A stretch of DNA of 64,000 bases from Lama glama (lineage: Eukaryota). A program made the translations under genes and the position numbers. The notes under the pieces are model-generated. The model was not told where the DNA came from and made no database searches. It worked only from the letters and a program-made list of their open reading frames with translations. The stretch spans positions 11,658,001-11,722,000 of the forward strand of contig CM052818.1 in NCBI GenBank assembly GCA_028534125.1, given 5' to 3'. This document shows positions 1-13,720 of the stretch, one piece after another (position 1 is the stretch's first letter; each line of letters begins with the position of its first letter).

Positions 1-739
1 AAAAAGTTCCCTTACCAGAGTTTAAACCAAATTTCCTCTATCCAGATGGCTTCCAAGGCCAAGAGGGAGGGAAGTCCTGCTGCCTTTTTATGTTGGTCTT
101 GATTGTTGTTAATGATCCCCAGCTGTAAGGCTCCCACATCTCTTTAACCTCTCTCCGGTTGGCCTCACATCTCTGCATCTCTTGCAGGGAAAATGGAACA
201 CTAAACACAGCACCCATTTCCCCAGCAGAGCACGTGCTGCACAACACAAGGAGGTCAGCCCCCCAAACGGACCCCAAGTCTTGCTCAGTTAGCACTGCCA
301 GGACCTTTCATTCATCCTGGAAGAAGCCAGCCTCAGCATTCTCATTGCTGGAGGCGACATGGAGCCATGCCAGCTGCCAGCAGGCAAGCCAGGGCATGCA
401 GTCACCTGTGGCCCCCGCGGAAAGGTTTCTTCTTCTGGATGAAGAGGAATCACTGCCAGGCAAGAGCATAATTTCCAGGGATGAGCTACACATCAGGGAT
501 GCTGATTCTGAAATGGGACCCTTCGTCACATAAATTTCGTTCCCAGGAGTGTGCAGCTAAAGTAGCAATGAGATGTTCATCACTATTTTCCTGGTATTCC
601 CCTAGTTACTCACTCAAAAACTTATTTCCTGAGTTGGCCATGGATGCCAACACTGTAGAGTCAGGGAACACAGCTAAAACAAGTCACTGTGCTGAAGGAG
701 CTCGGAGCCTGATCAGGGACCCGAGGTTTCCTTTCACTG

Positions 740-1110
740 CACTGTACGGAAGAATACTTAGGTGTAAGTGGAACATGGAGGAGAAAGATTCTGCTCAGGC
801 TGGGGGCAGCAGAGGTAGACGGGGTGGGAACAGCAATCAGGGAAGGCTTCCTGGAGGAGATGACACATAAAATGCATTCTGAAAGATAAGTAGGACCCAA
901 ACAAACAGGTTATGTATGGATGAACAATGAAAGGAACAAAGGAAAGGAGAAAGACTTCCAGGCTGAGGGAGCCCACATGCCAAGATACAGAGGCATGAGG
1001 GACTGAGGCATAGGAGAAGAATTGCAAACCTTTCTTAGGGCACATATGATGACCTGAGAAGGGTGCGTCAAGAAATGAGGCCAGGCACCCATCTTGTATG
1101 CCCTATAAGG
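740..1110 (-). mobile_element. LINE-2 (L2) fragment
   Basis: Contains the typical antisense L2 3'-region motif 'atcagggaaggcttcctggaggagatgaca...gaaagataagtagga' and 'ttccaggctgaggga...gccaagatacagaggcatgag'. Boundaries approximate. Confidence 0.7.
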
Positions 1111-2314
1111 GAGCCCCTCTTTTATCCTGGTATGAAATTCATTTCCAAGAACATGTCTTTGAGTAAGTGTGGGTCATTGACCTCTCTGGCTACTCCCATT
1201 GAAACTTATAGACTAGTTAATTATGGCCAATTAAGGGCTTTATTTCTGTTTTGCTTTTTTTTTTTTTAATAGTTTCTTGCGTAGGTTGGCTCTATGTAAC
1301 CATAATACCAAACCTGGGAGAGATGGGAACCCTTTGCTCTCATCCAGCAAATAGTAGGCAATGGACAAACAGTTGTTGAAATGAACTGAAAACGTCCTTG
1401 AAAGGAGACTGCTGCCTCACCAGCAAGGACTAGCAGAAGCTTTAACCTTCTTTATTCAATATATTTCCTTAACCATCCCCCACACATATACACTTTATAA
1501 CACATCTGCCAAGTATGCACAGTGGCATTCTAATCGTCTTTCCAGAGTCTTGAGCCCAGGCCAAATGAAATGCCCCCAAGTCCAGGTGAATCTTTTACTC
1601 CAGGATTTAAAAATGGACCCAATAAAGAAAATTCAATTTGCAGGCATGGAATCAAGTTTCCTTTGTTCTTTCATCTTATTCTGGGCCAGAGGGATCAAGA
1701 CCCTCCTGGTGCCTTTATTAGAGTTCTCAAGAGGAAGAGAAGAGAGATCTGAATCTTAACCGTGAAGACCCCAGTCAACAGCAAGCAGCCACGGCGACAT
1801 CCAGACCACGGGGAAAGGAGGCATCACTGTTTCGTTCCACTCGGTACAACAATGGGTCTGTGCTACTCGCCAAACCATCACTCATCTGGCCTTGCTCTTC
1901 ACTCTTCCCAGCCCAACATCTTGGTCCTCCTCCCCTTAATTTCCTTCCTTCTGATACCCCTCCAATATTCTATTTAACAAGGCTCTTCTGTCCATCTTTT
2001 GTTAGAATCACAAATACACCTCAAGTGCAAACACAATAGAAAAAACAGAAAATCACTGTTTGGTAGACACAGGGGTGGTTATGTAACTAACATATCTTAC
2101 TTTGGGCAGTGCTTGTGTCCAGACTCTTGTTTTGCTAAGCCCACTATAAAAAGGAGAAGAGGCTTTATGTCCATCTAATTCCAATGTTCTTCTTTATCAC
2201 ACAGAAATTTCAAAAGAAAGGCCATAAGATTCATGTAAAAGTTGTGTGGAGGTTGCTCCCTATTCCTAGCATATCTAGTATTTATACCAAAAGGAAGAAG
2301 CAACCATAACAGGA

Positions 2315-2515
2315 AAGGGAATTAACTTATTTCAAGAACTTCACACACGCCAGCATTTTACACATATGCTAATTCACTTACTTCTAACATCTCTGGGAGG
2401 AAGGTCTTCTGATACTCATGATAATGAAGACATTGAGATCGAATCAGTAAGTGACATTCCAGATTGAGACCCAGACCTATCTGACTTTCAAAGTCTGCTC
2501 CTCTTCCTGGACCAC
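2315..2515 (-). mobile_element. MIR SINE fragment
   Basis: Antisense MIR-like core 'atgaagacattgag...taagtgac...cccagacctatctgactttcaaagtctgctc'. Confidence 0.55.
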
Positions 2516-4988
2516 ATGGCAAATAAAAGGCGGCTGCCACCCCCATATAAACATTTACCTCCTCTCAGGAAACATTGATTCCACACCTACTGTGCCCGCC
2601 ACTATTTTAGAGGCCACAGATACAAAGTGGGGTGCCACAAGGAAGAAAAGGGGAAAGACCCCCATTTCCAGGTCTCAGGAAACAAGACTATTTGTATACA
2701 AAAGCCAGAGCATATAAAGTAACATAGGAGTACAATTTCAAGTCACACATCAGCCCTGCCGAATGGGCAGTGATAAAAATTCTGTCCAGAGAGTTGCTGA
2801 GATTTTCCTCAAATGCCAAAAGTCAGTCTGTTAAAAAACCATGCCCCTGGGACGGACCAACAATCCCTCCCTGACTCCATGTCATGTTTCCTCAGTTTAC
2901 TTCCAGTCAAAATGCAGACTCCTCCCCAACTGCTAGGGGTCAGTCCAGCTAATGAACATCAAGCTGTCTTTCCTCCCTGCCATCAGCAATGGTCAGATTA
3001 CAAAATGCAGGTTCTGATCCTGGCATGTTTACTGTTGGTGATGATGTATAAACTGATGGCCGACAGCTTCATTTTCTCGAGGTTGGGAAGGCCCTGCTGG
3101 GAGAATTCGGGAAGGAAAAAACTTCTGATTTTGACTAGGAGTAAAACAGTTGGATAAACATGACATGACATGGATGTCAGAGTGCATAATGCAACTGCGT
3201 AAACCCAGCTGGGACTGGGGAATATACAGACAGGGACAGAATGCAAGGAACGGAGAGTAAAGAGTGGATTCATAACCCTCTGTATTCTTATAATATTGTG
3301 AAATATTAGAATGGAGTTTTGACTAAAAGGCAAAAGTGGGACAGGCCTTGAAAATGAAGAACAGTCCTTCAAACTTGACTATGTTTTTGTAAAATAAAGC
3401 AAGATGAAAACTAAAAATTGCTAAGTAATTTTGGCTCTAAAGGTATATGCCAAGGGTACACAGCACTCAGAGTCATGACGGAAGATGTGGATTTGAAAGA
3501 GAAAACTGGGCTAGAGCATGTTTTTAAGACAGTGACAGCTGAATTGGAACATTAGGCGAAGTGCAAATGTCCACGAAGATGAAGGTTTTCACTGTCACTC
3601 CACCAGAATACACGGGGTGAGTTACTGAAACTGTTCTAAGCCTGAGTTTCCTTTAGATGTAAATGGTCTTAGCTCAGACAGTTCATCCCAGGCAAGCAAA
3701 CCAGGGTCAGTCTTAGTTCTTGTTATTGGAAGAGTTGAATTCCATTTTCTCTTTAATTCATCATAAAGCATTTTCTGATCAAGTTTAGAGTATAGAATAA
3801 CGCAGGCTAGAGCCAAAATTTTCTTCCTGCCACAGCTCCTTAGAGGAGTGTTTTTACTGAGGTTTTTATAGATTGCAAACAACTTTGATATCCTAATAAA
3901 AGAAAGGAAACTTATTTTAGAAAAAAATGCTCATATGTACAAAATGCCAGATACAATTTCAGGAAGTTCAAAGATCCCTGGAAACTAAGGGAATTCATGA
4001 ATCCCAGACTTACAAGCAGTAAAAGTTCACTGGGTTGGATGGGTACCACCAGCTAATAGCTTCTGCTTAGCCACACATATCTGTGACTGAACTCATTTCT
4101 GTATTTTATATACCTACTACTTAGAACAGGGTTCCATGGCTTCAGTTGTTGTTTTGCAACCTCTAATAAACATAGAAAATGAGAGAGGTTCCTTTTTTCC
4201 TCCCATTTTGGAGTTCTTGCCTTTCTGCTGCCTATAACCTTTATACTCCGTGGGGGAAATACACACATTGAGAGGTTTCAAACATTCTCACACCCACAGT
4301 GACAACTGTCCTGGGTTTGTTCACTCTCTGCTCCTCACCAGGCCTTGTTCTTCATTCTCTGGCCAGACATTTTGGTCCCATCTGCTTTCCTCTAAGCTCT
4401 AGCCACCTTAATCAATGCTCACGTCACCCCTCCTCTCTCGAGCAGTGGTTACAACCCACTGGCCAGCAGCATCAATGAAGATGGAGAAGAAAGAAAAGGA
4501 CCAGCACCTCAGCAGGAAGGCAAGACTCTCCCTCAGGAATCTGTGAAACTGTGGTCAGTGGAATTGTTTGAGACCAATTAAATCAACGTGGCCTTGGCTC
4601 CAAGACAGCATTTATTGCTGGAAGAAACTGTCAGCTTAATTTGTGGATGAGGTCAGCTGGCTCACAGCCAGAACTACTAGCTCCCCCAGTGGAGGGTCAA
4701 TACGGAAGGAGGTGAAATGAATCCCCTTTGCTGGGTGGTTTTCCTGCAGTTGTGGCTCAGGGTTCAGGATGTGCTGAAGCCTTTAATTCAGGGATGAAGT
4801 GTCACCCTTCAAGGCTGGTGAGATCAATAATGAGGTTCAGGACTAGTTAATGGAAATAAGAAGGACATATGCTACAAAAGACGGTTTTCTAACTGGAATC
4901 TGAACGACCCTGGACTCCTCACTATGTTCATCTCAGGGATGGGTACAGACCATCTCAGCCATACACTTCAGTGAGTTCTTCTTAGGAC

Positions 4989-5124
4989 CTTGCTCTTCAC
5001 AGTGTGGTTTTGTTAGAAATGTAGAATCCTGGGCCGAACCCCAGATCTATTAAATCCTAATCTGCATGCTGAAAAGATACCAGATAATTTACAGGCACTT
5101 TGAAAGTTAAGAAATACTTTCTAG
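4989..5124. mobile_element. MER5A-like hAT-Charlie DNA transposon remnant
   Basis: 'tgttagaaatgtagaatcctgggcc...cccagatctattaaatc...tctgcat...aaagttaagaaatact' resembles the remembered MER5A consensus. Confidence 0.75.
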
Positions 5125-6537
5125 AACCCAAAGAAGAGAAGACTGCGTTTTCAGAGAATCCTCTAGTAACCCAGACTAAGTCATTTTCTCTCTTGATAAA
5201 TGAAAACAAATTTAATTTGTTTGCTTCAGTGGTAAGAACATGGCTTTTCAATGGTGAGAAAAGAGCCAGAAAAACGGGACACCTTGATGTTTCCTCTAAG
5301 CACTGGATGCATGGGTGCAGGTAGTTATGGAGCACTGTTTGTCTCAGCTGCACAGAGAAGGTGGAAAGGCTCCTGGCTGCAAGCAGGAGGAGAATAAAAC
5401 CATAGCAGATCATTCTGCAGCCCAGCAGCTTCTGATGTGAAGCTGGCTGGGAGATTGGGATTCAATTACTTCAATTATTTTCATCCCACTTTAGGTCTTC
5501 AGAAAACTCTCCCCTAATTAGTGCCTGTGCAGGGTTTCCAGGTGTGATGGACTGTGATGGAGCACTGTGATCCGGGACCCTGCCCTCCATTCATCACAAG
5601 GCCCGTAGATTACAGCAGATCTAATAGAGGGTCCGACATGATATGTTGTCCATGGAACTGTCACTTGTGATAGATGAATTACACAAGTCTCGATGTTTTA
5701 GGGACTCCTGTGAAGTGTCAGATCAAACAAAGCCTTCAAAAACTTAAGAGAAAGGGGCAAAAAGAAATATATTAAGCACTGCCCAGTCACTGATACAATG
5801 CTGATATATGAAGCAAAAAATAAAATAAAATTCCAATTGTTAAGTTATCACATTTATATTAGGAAAATACTCTAAAAGATGGATTCCAATTACAAACATT
5901 CTTCTGAAATTTCTTGAAAGTCTTTATTCTGCCACATAATAATAGCTATAAGAATCAATGAAAATTTCAATCTCCAGATAACCTTAGGGAAAGCAACATA
6001 AGGTAAAGGATAGACATGCACTATAACAAGTGTGAACCTCAAACAACAGAGAAACACAGGGCTGAGCACAGCTCCAGACTCACAAATGGATGCTATCAGA
6101 AAAAGAAAGTAAGAACAGTTGGTCAAATGCCAACTGCTCAAATAACCCAAGGTTTCCATACTCCACACTTATCTGTAGGGTCAACTGTCTCTCATGGGGA
6201 CCTGCTCATTGTGTACAAGAGCAGTAACACAAAGCAGAGTTGCTTTCCTAGCGCTGTTTCACTATATATGTTCTAAGGCTAAACACTTTATCATTCACCT
6301 ATTGTTTTCTGTATATGTGATGCCCCAGGATGCTAAGATTGATCTAAATACATTAGGAGTCAAGTGTCTAAGATGAGGCCACAGCTAGAGTTCTTCCTTA
6401 AGTTTCATGTATATCAGAGGTTCCCCTTTATGATTTTAATCCTTCCATTTTCATTCTTAAGTTGCTTTATACAAGTCAATGTATGAGGAGCTTTTGCCCT
6501 AATGAAGATCTATTTTGAAGGCCTGCTCATCTCTTAC

Positions 6538-6678
6538 CTGCTTTCTGATACACATATAGCAAATCCTCTTGTGTCAAAGTTAAGGTATGGCTTAAAAAAA
6601 CAAAGTGGTAGCCAACGTTTGTGCAAGCAATTAACAGAGCCCTCACCCTAGGTCTTACGAAGGTTGTAAAATAGACAC
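6538..6678 (-). other. Candidate internal exon (141 nt) of an unidentified minus-strand transcript
   Basis: Minus strand reads 'cacttcattatgtctccag|GTGTC...AAAGCAG|gtaaga'. Length is a multiple of 3 and one frame is open (GVYFTTFVRPRVRALLIACTNVGYHFVFLSHTLTLTQEDLLYVYQKA). Peptide not recognised. Confidence 0.35.
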
Positions 6679-7634
6679 CTGGAGACATAATGAAGTGACT
6701 GTTGCCAGTCTTCCAGCTCTCGAAGATTCCAATGATGAACAGCAGCCTTTTCCCTTGAAGCAAACTACACAGAATATTTTTAAAAAAATTTTTAAAGGTG
6801 GGGGAGACTATGGTCTTGATGCTTGACTAAGTACAAACACATGGTAATAATAATGATTCCATTGGATCCTCCTCCTCTCAATATTAAGATATCTAGTAAG
6901 TTTGAAGAAGCATTACAGAAGCACTTAAGTACCCCTTTTCCAATGGAGCATCCAAGAAATAGGAACAGGAATCCAATGGGCTACATCATTTTTAATACTG
7001 AAGCCCAGTAGTAAGAAAAGACACCATGGAGAGTACTGGAACACTGGGAATAAAGAACTTATGAAACACTCACATCCAATAGCATTTACCCATTCTCTTG
7101 CTATTCTTACTGGGGAAGGTCACAGCAAAATTTGGCCTTTCCAAGCTTATCGAAAGCTTCTCATTATGGATGGATGGTAACACAGACACTGAGTTACCAT
7201 TCATTGCAAAATACATTGAATTAATCTTTAGTTAGGATTCCAGATTTCTATTCATCATCAACTAGACATGGAAATTTCACCTTCCCACATTGTAGGCATG
7301 GTAGCTTATCATTATGTTAATTGAAAAATGATAACGTATGAACTACCAGAAAAACCTTCAGGAAATTCTCATGTCCCAATAAGATAGAAAACTAAAGGAA
7401 AAAGAAACAATGTGAAATTTGGACCCTCTAGCTACCCCATCAGAGTTGCTGGTAGCGACCCAATTCAGGACAAGATGGCAGGTCATCAAATGCCCCTCAA
7501 ATCCAGGGCAAGGAATTCCAGAATAATCTTACTGCATTTTTCTTTCACAAGAGCCATCAATCCTAAACTACTTCATTGGTTTCTATAACAATGTGTTCTA
7601 TAGCTCTGGAATCACTAGACACTTTCTGAATTCT

Positions 7635-8060
7635 TAGTTATTTATTCTACAAACATTTGTTGATTGCCTATAATGGGTTAGACACTGTTCAAAATGCTGA
7701 GATAGATGCAAGCTATTAGCTTCAAAGACATAACTTTGCAAGGGGATATAGGTATAAAACAAAGGAACTAGTTATGAGCACTATAAGAATTTTAAAATTA
7801 GTTAAGATGAAAATATAGGAGTTTTACCAGCAACAAAGAAAGGGGAAGAGCACCTTCAACAGAAGGAACAGAAACATAAAAGAGCCAAAAAACATGAAAT
7901 ATTTAGAGACTGGCAAGCTATTGAACTGGTCTAAAGCATACATTGTGTTGGAGGCAGGAGAGGGAGACATGAGGCTGGAGGTAAAGTTTGGGACCAACTT
8001 GTGTGAAGAGCAAAGAGCCAACCAAGTTTTTTTGAGCAGAGGAGCAACATGGTATAATTG
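7635..8060 (-). mobile_element. L2 fragment including the 3' end
   Basis: 'tttattctacaaacatttgttgattgcctata...agacactgttc...tgctgagata' is the antisense L2 tail; further L2-like sequence follows. Confidence 0.6.
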
Positions 8061-8244
8061 GCGACATATCTACTAGAATGTGTGCTGTTCAATTCAGTTT
8101 TTCTTTCCTTTTGTATTCTGACTAGTGATTTGTTTCCACTGCTGTATGGTATCTTGACTGAAAGTAGTGGAGCCCAAGGGAGGTTTTGTTCACTAATCTG
8201 TTATTGAAAAGAATAAACAACCACAAATAACAACAAAAAACCTC

Positions 8245-8430
8245 CGCAGAATTATAGCATTTTAGAAATGGTGAGCTTTCAGAAAGCATCTCTATAGTTT
8301 CCCAAATGAAGAAACAGAGACTGAAGAAGCTAAGGAACTTGCAGAAAGTGACTCTGAAAATTCATAGCAGAAAAATATGATAATTCAGGTCTTCCAACTG
8401 CAGCCCTATAATATTTTCCAGTACGCTAAA
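8245..8430 (-). mobile_element. MIR/MIR3 fragment
   Basis: 'aaatgaagaaacagagactgaagaagctaaggaacttgc' matches the antisense MIR core. Confidence 0.55.
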
Positions 8431-9016
8431 GATGCTTCATCTCTTGAGGAGTTCCCTAATGTAACACTGGTCCTTTACAAAGCTCTGAACAACCACCCTG
8501 AACAACCTCCAGCCTAAAACAGATATGCTTGAATTTTTTTAAAACTGAAAATTACTAGGAGTGTTCATTTAGATTTTTAAAATGCATAGATTGGAATTTT
8601 TGTGAGTCAGTGGTTCTATTTATCCAAAAGTAATTTGAACTTTTATGACTTTGTGTGCAAGAAAAGGATCAGTCTCACCAGCGCACCATAAAGTAGACTG
8701 CAGGCAATAAAACTTATCCTGAAGCACAGAAGCATCAAACAAGTCAATCATTCCATAGTGCCAGTTTTGAATAAGTAAAGCATATATATTAAAAAAAAAA
8801 GGGGGGTGGGGGAGACATGTGTAAGGCAAGTTATTTTTTCATTGCCAGACAAAAATGAAAACAGGTACTGCTCAGATTTAGAACTCTTTTTTTCTAAATC
8901 CCAGCAAGTTAATGTAGCCAGATTTCCTCCACTCTCAATCAAAACTTTTGTTTGTACTGCACTTTGCCTTCAGAAAGCATGAGGTAGACAAATATATATT
9001 TGGCAATGTCCACTAG

Positions 9017-9018
<2 letters not shown>

Positions 9019-9058
<40 letters not shown>
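9019..9058. repeat. (GT)20 microsatellite
   Basis: Perfect GT run seen directly. Confidence 0.98.
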
Positions 9059-9060
<2 letters not shown>

Positions 9061-9479
9061 TCCTGCTTGAATTATTCTGGAGGAACTGCAGCTTTGAGAA
9101 GTCTCTCCAGGTTAAATTCTGGCATTTGTTTAGAAGTCCACTTTCTTGAATCTTATTACAATGTCCCTTTCCCTTTTAGTCATCCTGGTTATCTCCACTA
9201 TACTTTTTTAGTTGCAGAAATTTACTGGCATGAGATGTCAGTAGAAACCAAAAATGCAGTAAAGGTTTTTTACCTTCCATGATCACATACCTAACAGACA
9301 TGGTGTTGTCAAACCTGAGTTTTTCTTACCTAAAACACACACACATACCAAAAAGAAAAAAGAAAACAATGACAATAAAAACTTTCAAGAGAGAGACTGG
9401 CTGAAGAAGGAAAGAAAATTAGCAAGCTAGATAATGCAAATTGGGAAGTTCTAAAATGCACGAATGATAACAGTCCTAG

Positions 9480-9705
9480 AAGCTACCCCTTCCTGAATCT
9501 CTACTATGTGCCAGTAATGTGCTCATCTACTTTCCAAATATTCACACTTATCGTAAGCTGGTAAGTGTGTTCTTATTATCCTTATTTTTCAGAAAAGGAA
9601 CTGAAACTCAGTGTTGTCAAGTAAGTGACTCAAGGCAGACAGCAGGTAAGTGGCACCTTAGCAGGTCTGTCTGACTGCAAAGTCTATGTGCATAACCTTT
9701 CCTGT
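9480..9705 (-). mobile_element. MIR SINE
   Basis: 'ctactatgtgccag...ttattatccttatttttcagaaaaggaactgaaactcag...aagtgactcaagg...cagcaggtaagtggca...ctgactgcaaagtc'. Confidence 0.75.
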
Positions 9706-12700
9706 ATACCAAGACCTTGGGCTCCAGACACCCTAACATCCCAGCTCCACTGTTACAGCAGAAAGCAGGATTCCATAGCCCATAAATTTTGTGGATGCTA
9801 CTATGTATGACAAAGAATGTTCATCATCACCCAGCTTTATAGGTATATGATGGGATCATAGAAAGATCAGTTAATAACCATTTGTTAGGAAGGGTGACAA
9901 CAATGGTCTGGCAGGTAAGTGGCTCAGGGAAGAAAGTGCTCAGCACCTTCATTCCCTCCTCTCACAGCGCTGAGAGAGAGGGAGAGCTCCAAGGAGGAAA
10001 ATAAGAATTCTCTCCATTTAGAAAACAATTTCAGTACACCTAGACTTTTGTTGCTGCTGTTGTTTTTAACATGAATTAACTCTTTTTGTTAAGCACACTA
10101 TCTCCTTAATTGGATGGGATGACCTCCTCTAGGCCTCCGCTGTGGACACCCCTGAGGAATCACAGATCCTTATGAGACATTCTGACCACTAAGAATCAAA
10201 CCTATGCCTTGCAAACTGCAACAGAGATGCCAAGGTTTTTCACACAGGTCAGAAGTGGTTAGTTGGTCCCATACTGTCCCTATGAAAGTTCATGGAACCT
10301 GCGTGATTTTTTTTCTCAGTAACTGCAGTACTAAACTTTCGGTTAGTTCTTTCTGTGGGTTTGATACAGGGTGTTAGTTATTCCTCCTGCTACAGTATGT
10401 CCCTCCTCTGCCCAGTACAACATTATCTGCCTCATTATCTACTCTGTACAATATTAGCTGTCTGCCTCAATCATCCCATCCATAAAATGGGGTTAATAAT
10501 ACTGGCCCGCATTCACCTTGAACAAATACTGCTAGGGAAAATGAGAATATAAATTAAATTTCTTGCTGCTCTTTAGAAGAAAGTTGCCTTAGAAACATAG
10601 GCTTATTATTTCTCCATAGAAAAAGCAACATATATTAGGGTTTGCACAATGTTGCTAGCTCTTTGCACAATGTTGATTTTGCTCTTTTTTAACCCTAGGC
10701 AGAAGGACCACATTAATTCCAGTCCCTAGGTGAACCTTTTATTCCATTTTCCACTGGAGGGGGAAAAAAAAGTTACTTTGCAAAGAAAAGAAAGAAAGAA
10801 AAAAATGTAGTATTCCCAAACCTCATTTACGGAACATTCTGTTCTCCAAATTACAGCACAGCAAGCAGGCAAGTGGGAACTTTTAGAATCCTGCATCCAA
10901 GCCGGTTCCACACAGCACCCACTAATACAAAATGGCTTTAATTACTTTAATATAAATCCTGGAAATGTGCAGATGGATTGTAATAATTATGCAAAACTGC
11001 GATGGTCCTTTATAGAAACACAGATCTTGCTAGCTTAAAAGAGAATGAAAGGAACACAAGTTCAACACAATATGTCAGGAAGCATATCTCCTAAGAAGTC
11101 CTGTATTTCAAATGCCAAGCTGTACGTTTCATCTGATGTGGCAGTTGTTATGGAAACTATGCTTTTTGATTGAATAGCAGAATAAATACCTACCTAAAAT
11201 CAGCATGATGGGCTAGTGCATAAATTAAGAACTCCCCAAGACAACAATCACTTGGAGTTCTTCCTCGAGATAAATTTGGGGGAAAAATTTATATATATAT
11301 ATAATCCATTATGAGCTTAAATTTTTCTGACCCCAAATTTTCTGACCTGAATACTTTTGAACAGTCAAACTTGCTTCACTGTGTGTATGAGCATGACTGT
11401 GGGTTTATTCCCCAAACACACTCACTCACACCCTTGTACGCTTAAGGCTTAGTGAATGAAAAGATCTGATGTTCTGCCAAAAAGACAAAAATTTTTTTAA
11501 AAAATCACACTTCTCTTTCCTTCTAAATTAGTACAGGAGAAGCCTTGAGAAACGAAAGTTGAGTTATTATCATTGTCATTTTTAAATCAAGTGGGTCATA
11601 TATAAATGTGGAAAATCCCCAGGCATGAGAGAAAGGTCAGTTAAACATGGTTTTATATTTTCATGCGTCTGATATTAGACTGTGGCTGATTCCTATTGAT
11701 ATTAACAACCTTTCATAAATCATAATACAAATACTTGTATCTTTCCATGCAAATATAATTCATCCATTTGCTGACTTAATTAAAGGCTCACTGTATACAG
11801 TATGAAATAAAACATAGTGAGGTTTGTTTTCCTCTGTCACATTTTACATGGAATGATATGGCAAGAAAAAAGTGAGTGCAACAGGCACCCGTGTCACAAA
11901 CTTCTCCATAATGGGCATGCATTCGCCCATTGGATCAACATCTTTCAATTTATTAGCATGACAAAGGACACAATTATTTTGGATATGCCTGAATGCAATT
12001 TTCATTAACTTTGCAATGATTTATTAACAAAAGTGTCAGGAATGTAATAAAAGCAGCAGGACTCCTCAAAATGCCAAAATAAAAAAAAAAAAATGAAGAA
12101 TACAGCAGAATTTCCCAACACGCCTTACGGCATCAGGTCAATAAGGTTGCCTGATTCCATCAAAAGCATCACCATGGTGAGTGAACTCTGCAATTAACAA
12201 AGAGTAAGCACAAAAAATGCTAATATCTCATTTGAATGTAATTATGCACAGATTACTGTTCACTGGAACAAGAAAAGGGATTTTAATTGTCATCCAAAGT
12301 TACATGCAAACCCTGGATTCTAGTTAACTTTTTTTTTTTGGTTGAGGAGTTCATGTGAGAATAAAGCATGCAGTTCACAAATTCTTATGTTCAGGGATAT
12401 TGTAAAAGGCACTGCCTTTGTTTAAAGGATACAACTTGCAAAGTTTTAAAATAACATCATTCCATGTATGTTGGCAAGGTTAGTTTGTAATAAGTTTCAC
12501 CATCGTTTGCATTTTAATACTATTTGATCTCATTTACATGTTTAAATTTGTTCCTGTAATAAAATTCATTAGTATGTTTATCATAACCACATAATGAATA
12601 TAGCCCTTATGTAAAATAAAAAATTGAAAGTACATTAGAGACATTACAAGCTGTTTGAAATTACTGTGCTTTGCATATTATACCTTATTAATTAAATTAT

Positions 12701-13537
12701 AAATTATTTATTTATGTATTTCTTTAATCAGGGGCAAGCACTAGAACAATATTATATTAGTATAAGAAACACAATACAACTCAAAGCTAATTCACACGTG
12801 GACCAATTTTATGGAGAAGCATGCAGACCCATTCTGCCATGGGGTGGCAAATGCCACTCCCCCTGCTGAGCATCGAGGGATGCGAAATGGCTGCTTAAAG
12901 AGTGGAGGGCAGAGGGATTCGAAATGTTTCTTGGGCAAGTTAAAAACTTCACTTGTTAATATATCTCCCTTTGCCTTCTCATTGTATTAGTATTATTAGA
13001 TCAGATATGCAGATGGAAGCAAAAAGCAAACCATCAGAGGAGTCGATACCATGTCCATTTTATGTGGAGTCCATGCAAAAGGAAAAGGTAATCTCTTCTA
13101 TCCTTTTCTTTATTCTTTTGGTTTCCTTTGTCAGCAGGGACAGACAAATGAATGAGAGAGAGAGAGAAGGAGAAAAAAGGAGAGGAAGAAGGTTGGAAAA
13201 TGAACTAAATATCTAGGAAAACAGCACTAAGTTCATTTATCTTATCTATCTTTTTTTTAATCATCTTTAAAAAGCATATACAGAATATCTGTGATCTCTT
13301 TCTCATTATGTTTATATGAACTCGGATCTCTTTTCAAGTTAATTTTTTAATCCCTGGTTTGAGTACAGTAGCTTGATTATGGGCTCAGTCTGCATCTATA
13401 CACACAACAGATTCAACTACTTTGATAAGTAATTAATCTCATCTACCTGGTCAAACACAGGAGCCTTAGATAGGGCCTTTAGCCTGCGGAAGCCTGGGGG
13501 CAGGGTGGAAGGTGAGGGTGGAGCAGTCAATGAACTG

Positions 13538-13720
13538 CCCAGTGTGGAAAGTACATGGGTTTTAGAGTCAAATTGGTCTGGATTTGAATCAAAGCAGGCC
13601 CCTCTCCTTCCAAATAGGGATAATCCTAACTCACAGAGTTGTTTTGAAAATCAAACGAGATTAATAGTGTCAAAGGTTTTAGCAAGACTGCATAGTAGGT
13701 GTTCAATAAATGTTAATTGC
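13538..13720 (+). mobile_element. MIR SINE
   Basis: 'gtggaaagtacatgggttttagagtca...ggatttgaatc...ctaactcacagagttgttttgaaaatcaaa...catagtaggtgttcaataaatgtta'. Confidence 0.8.

Noticed and set aside
38..870. Overlapping ORFs of 73-129 aa on both strands, with a minus donor at 16/15 and a plus acceptor-like site at ~187
   Set aside because: No recognisable protein, no coherent exon with both boundaries, and the distal ORF runs into an L2 remnant.
9019..9282. ORF starting MCVCVCV (likewise 36049-36261, and the SLSLSL ORF at 54670-54879)
   Set aside because: Translation of dinucleotide microsatellites.
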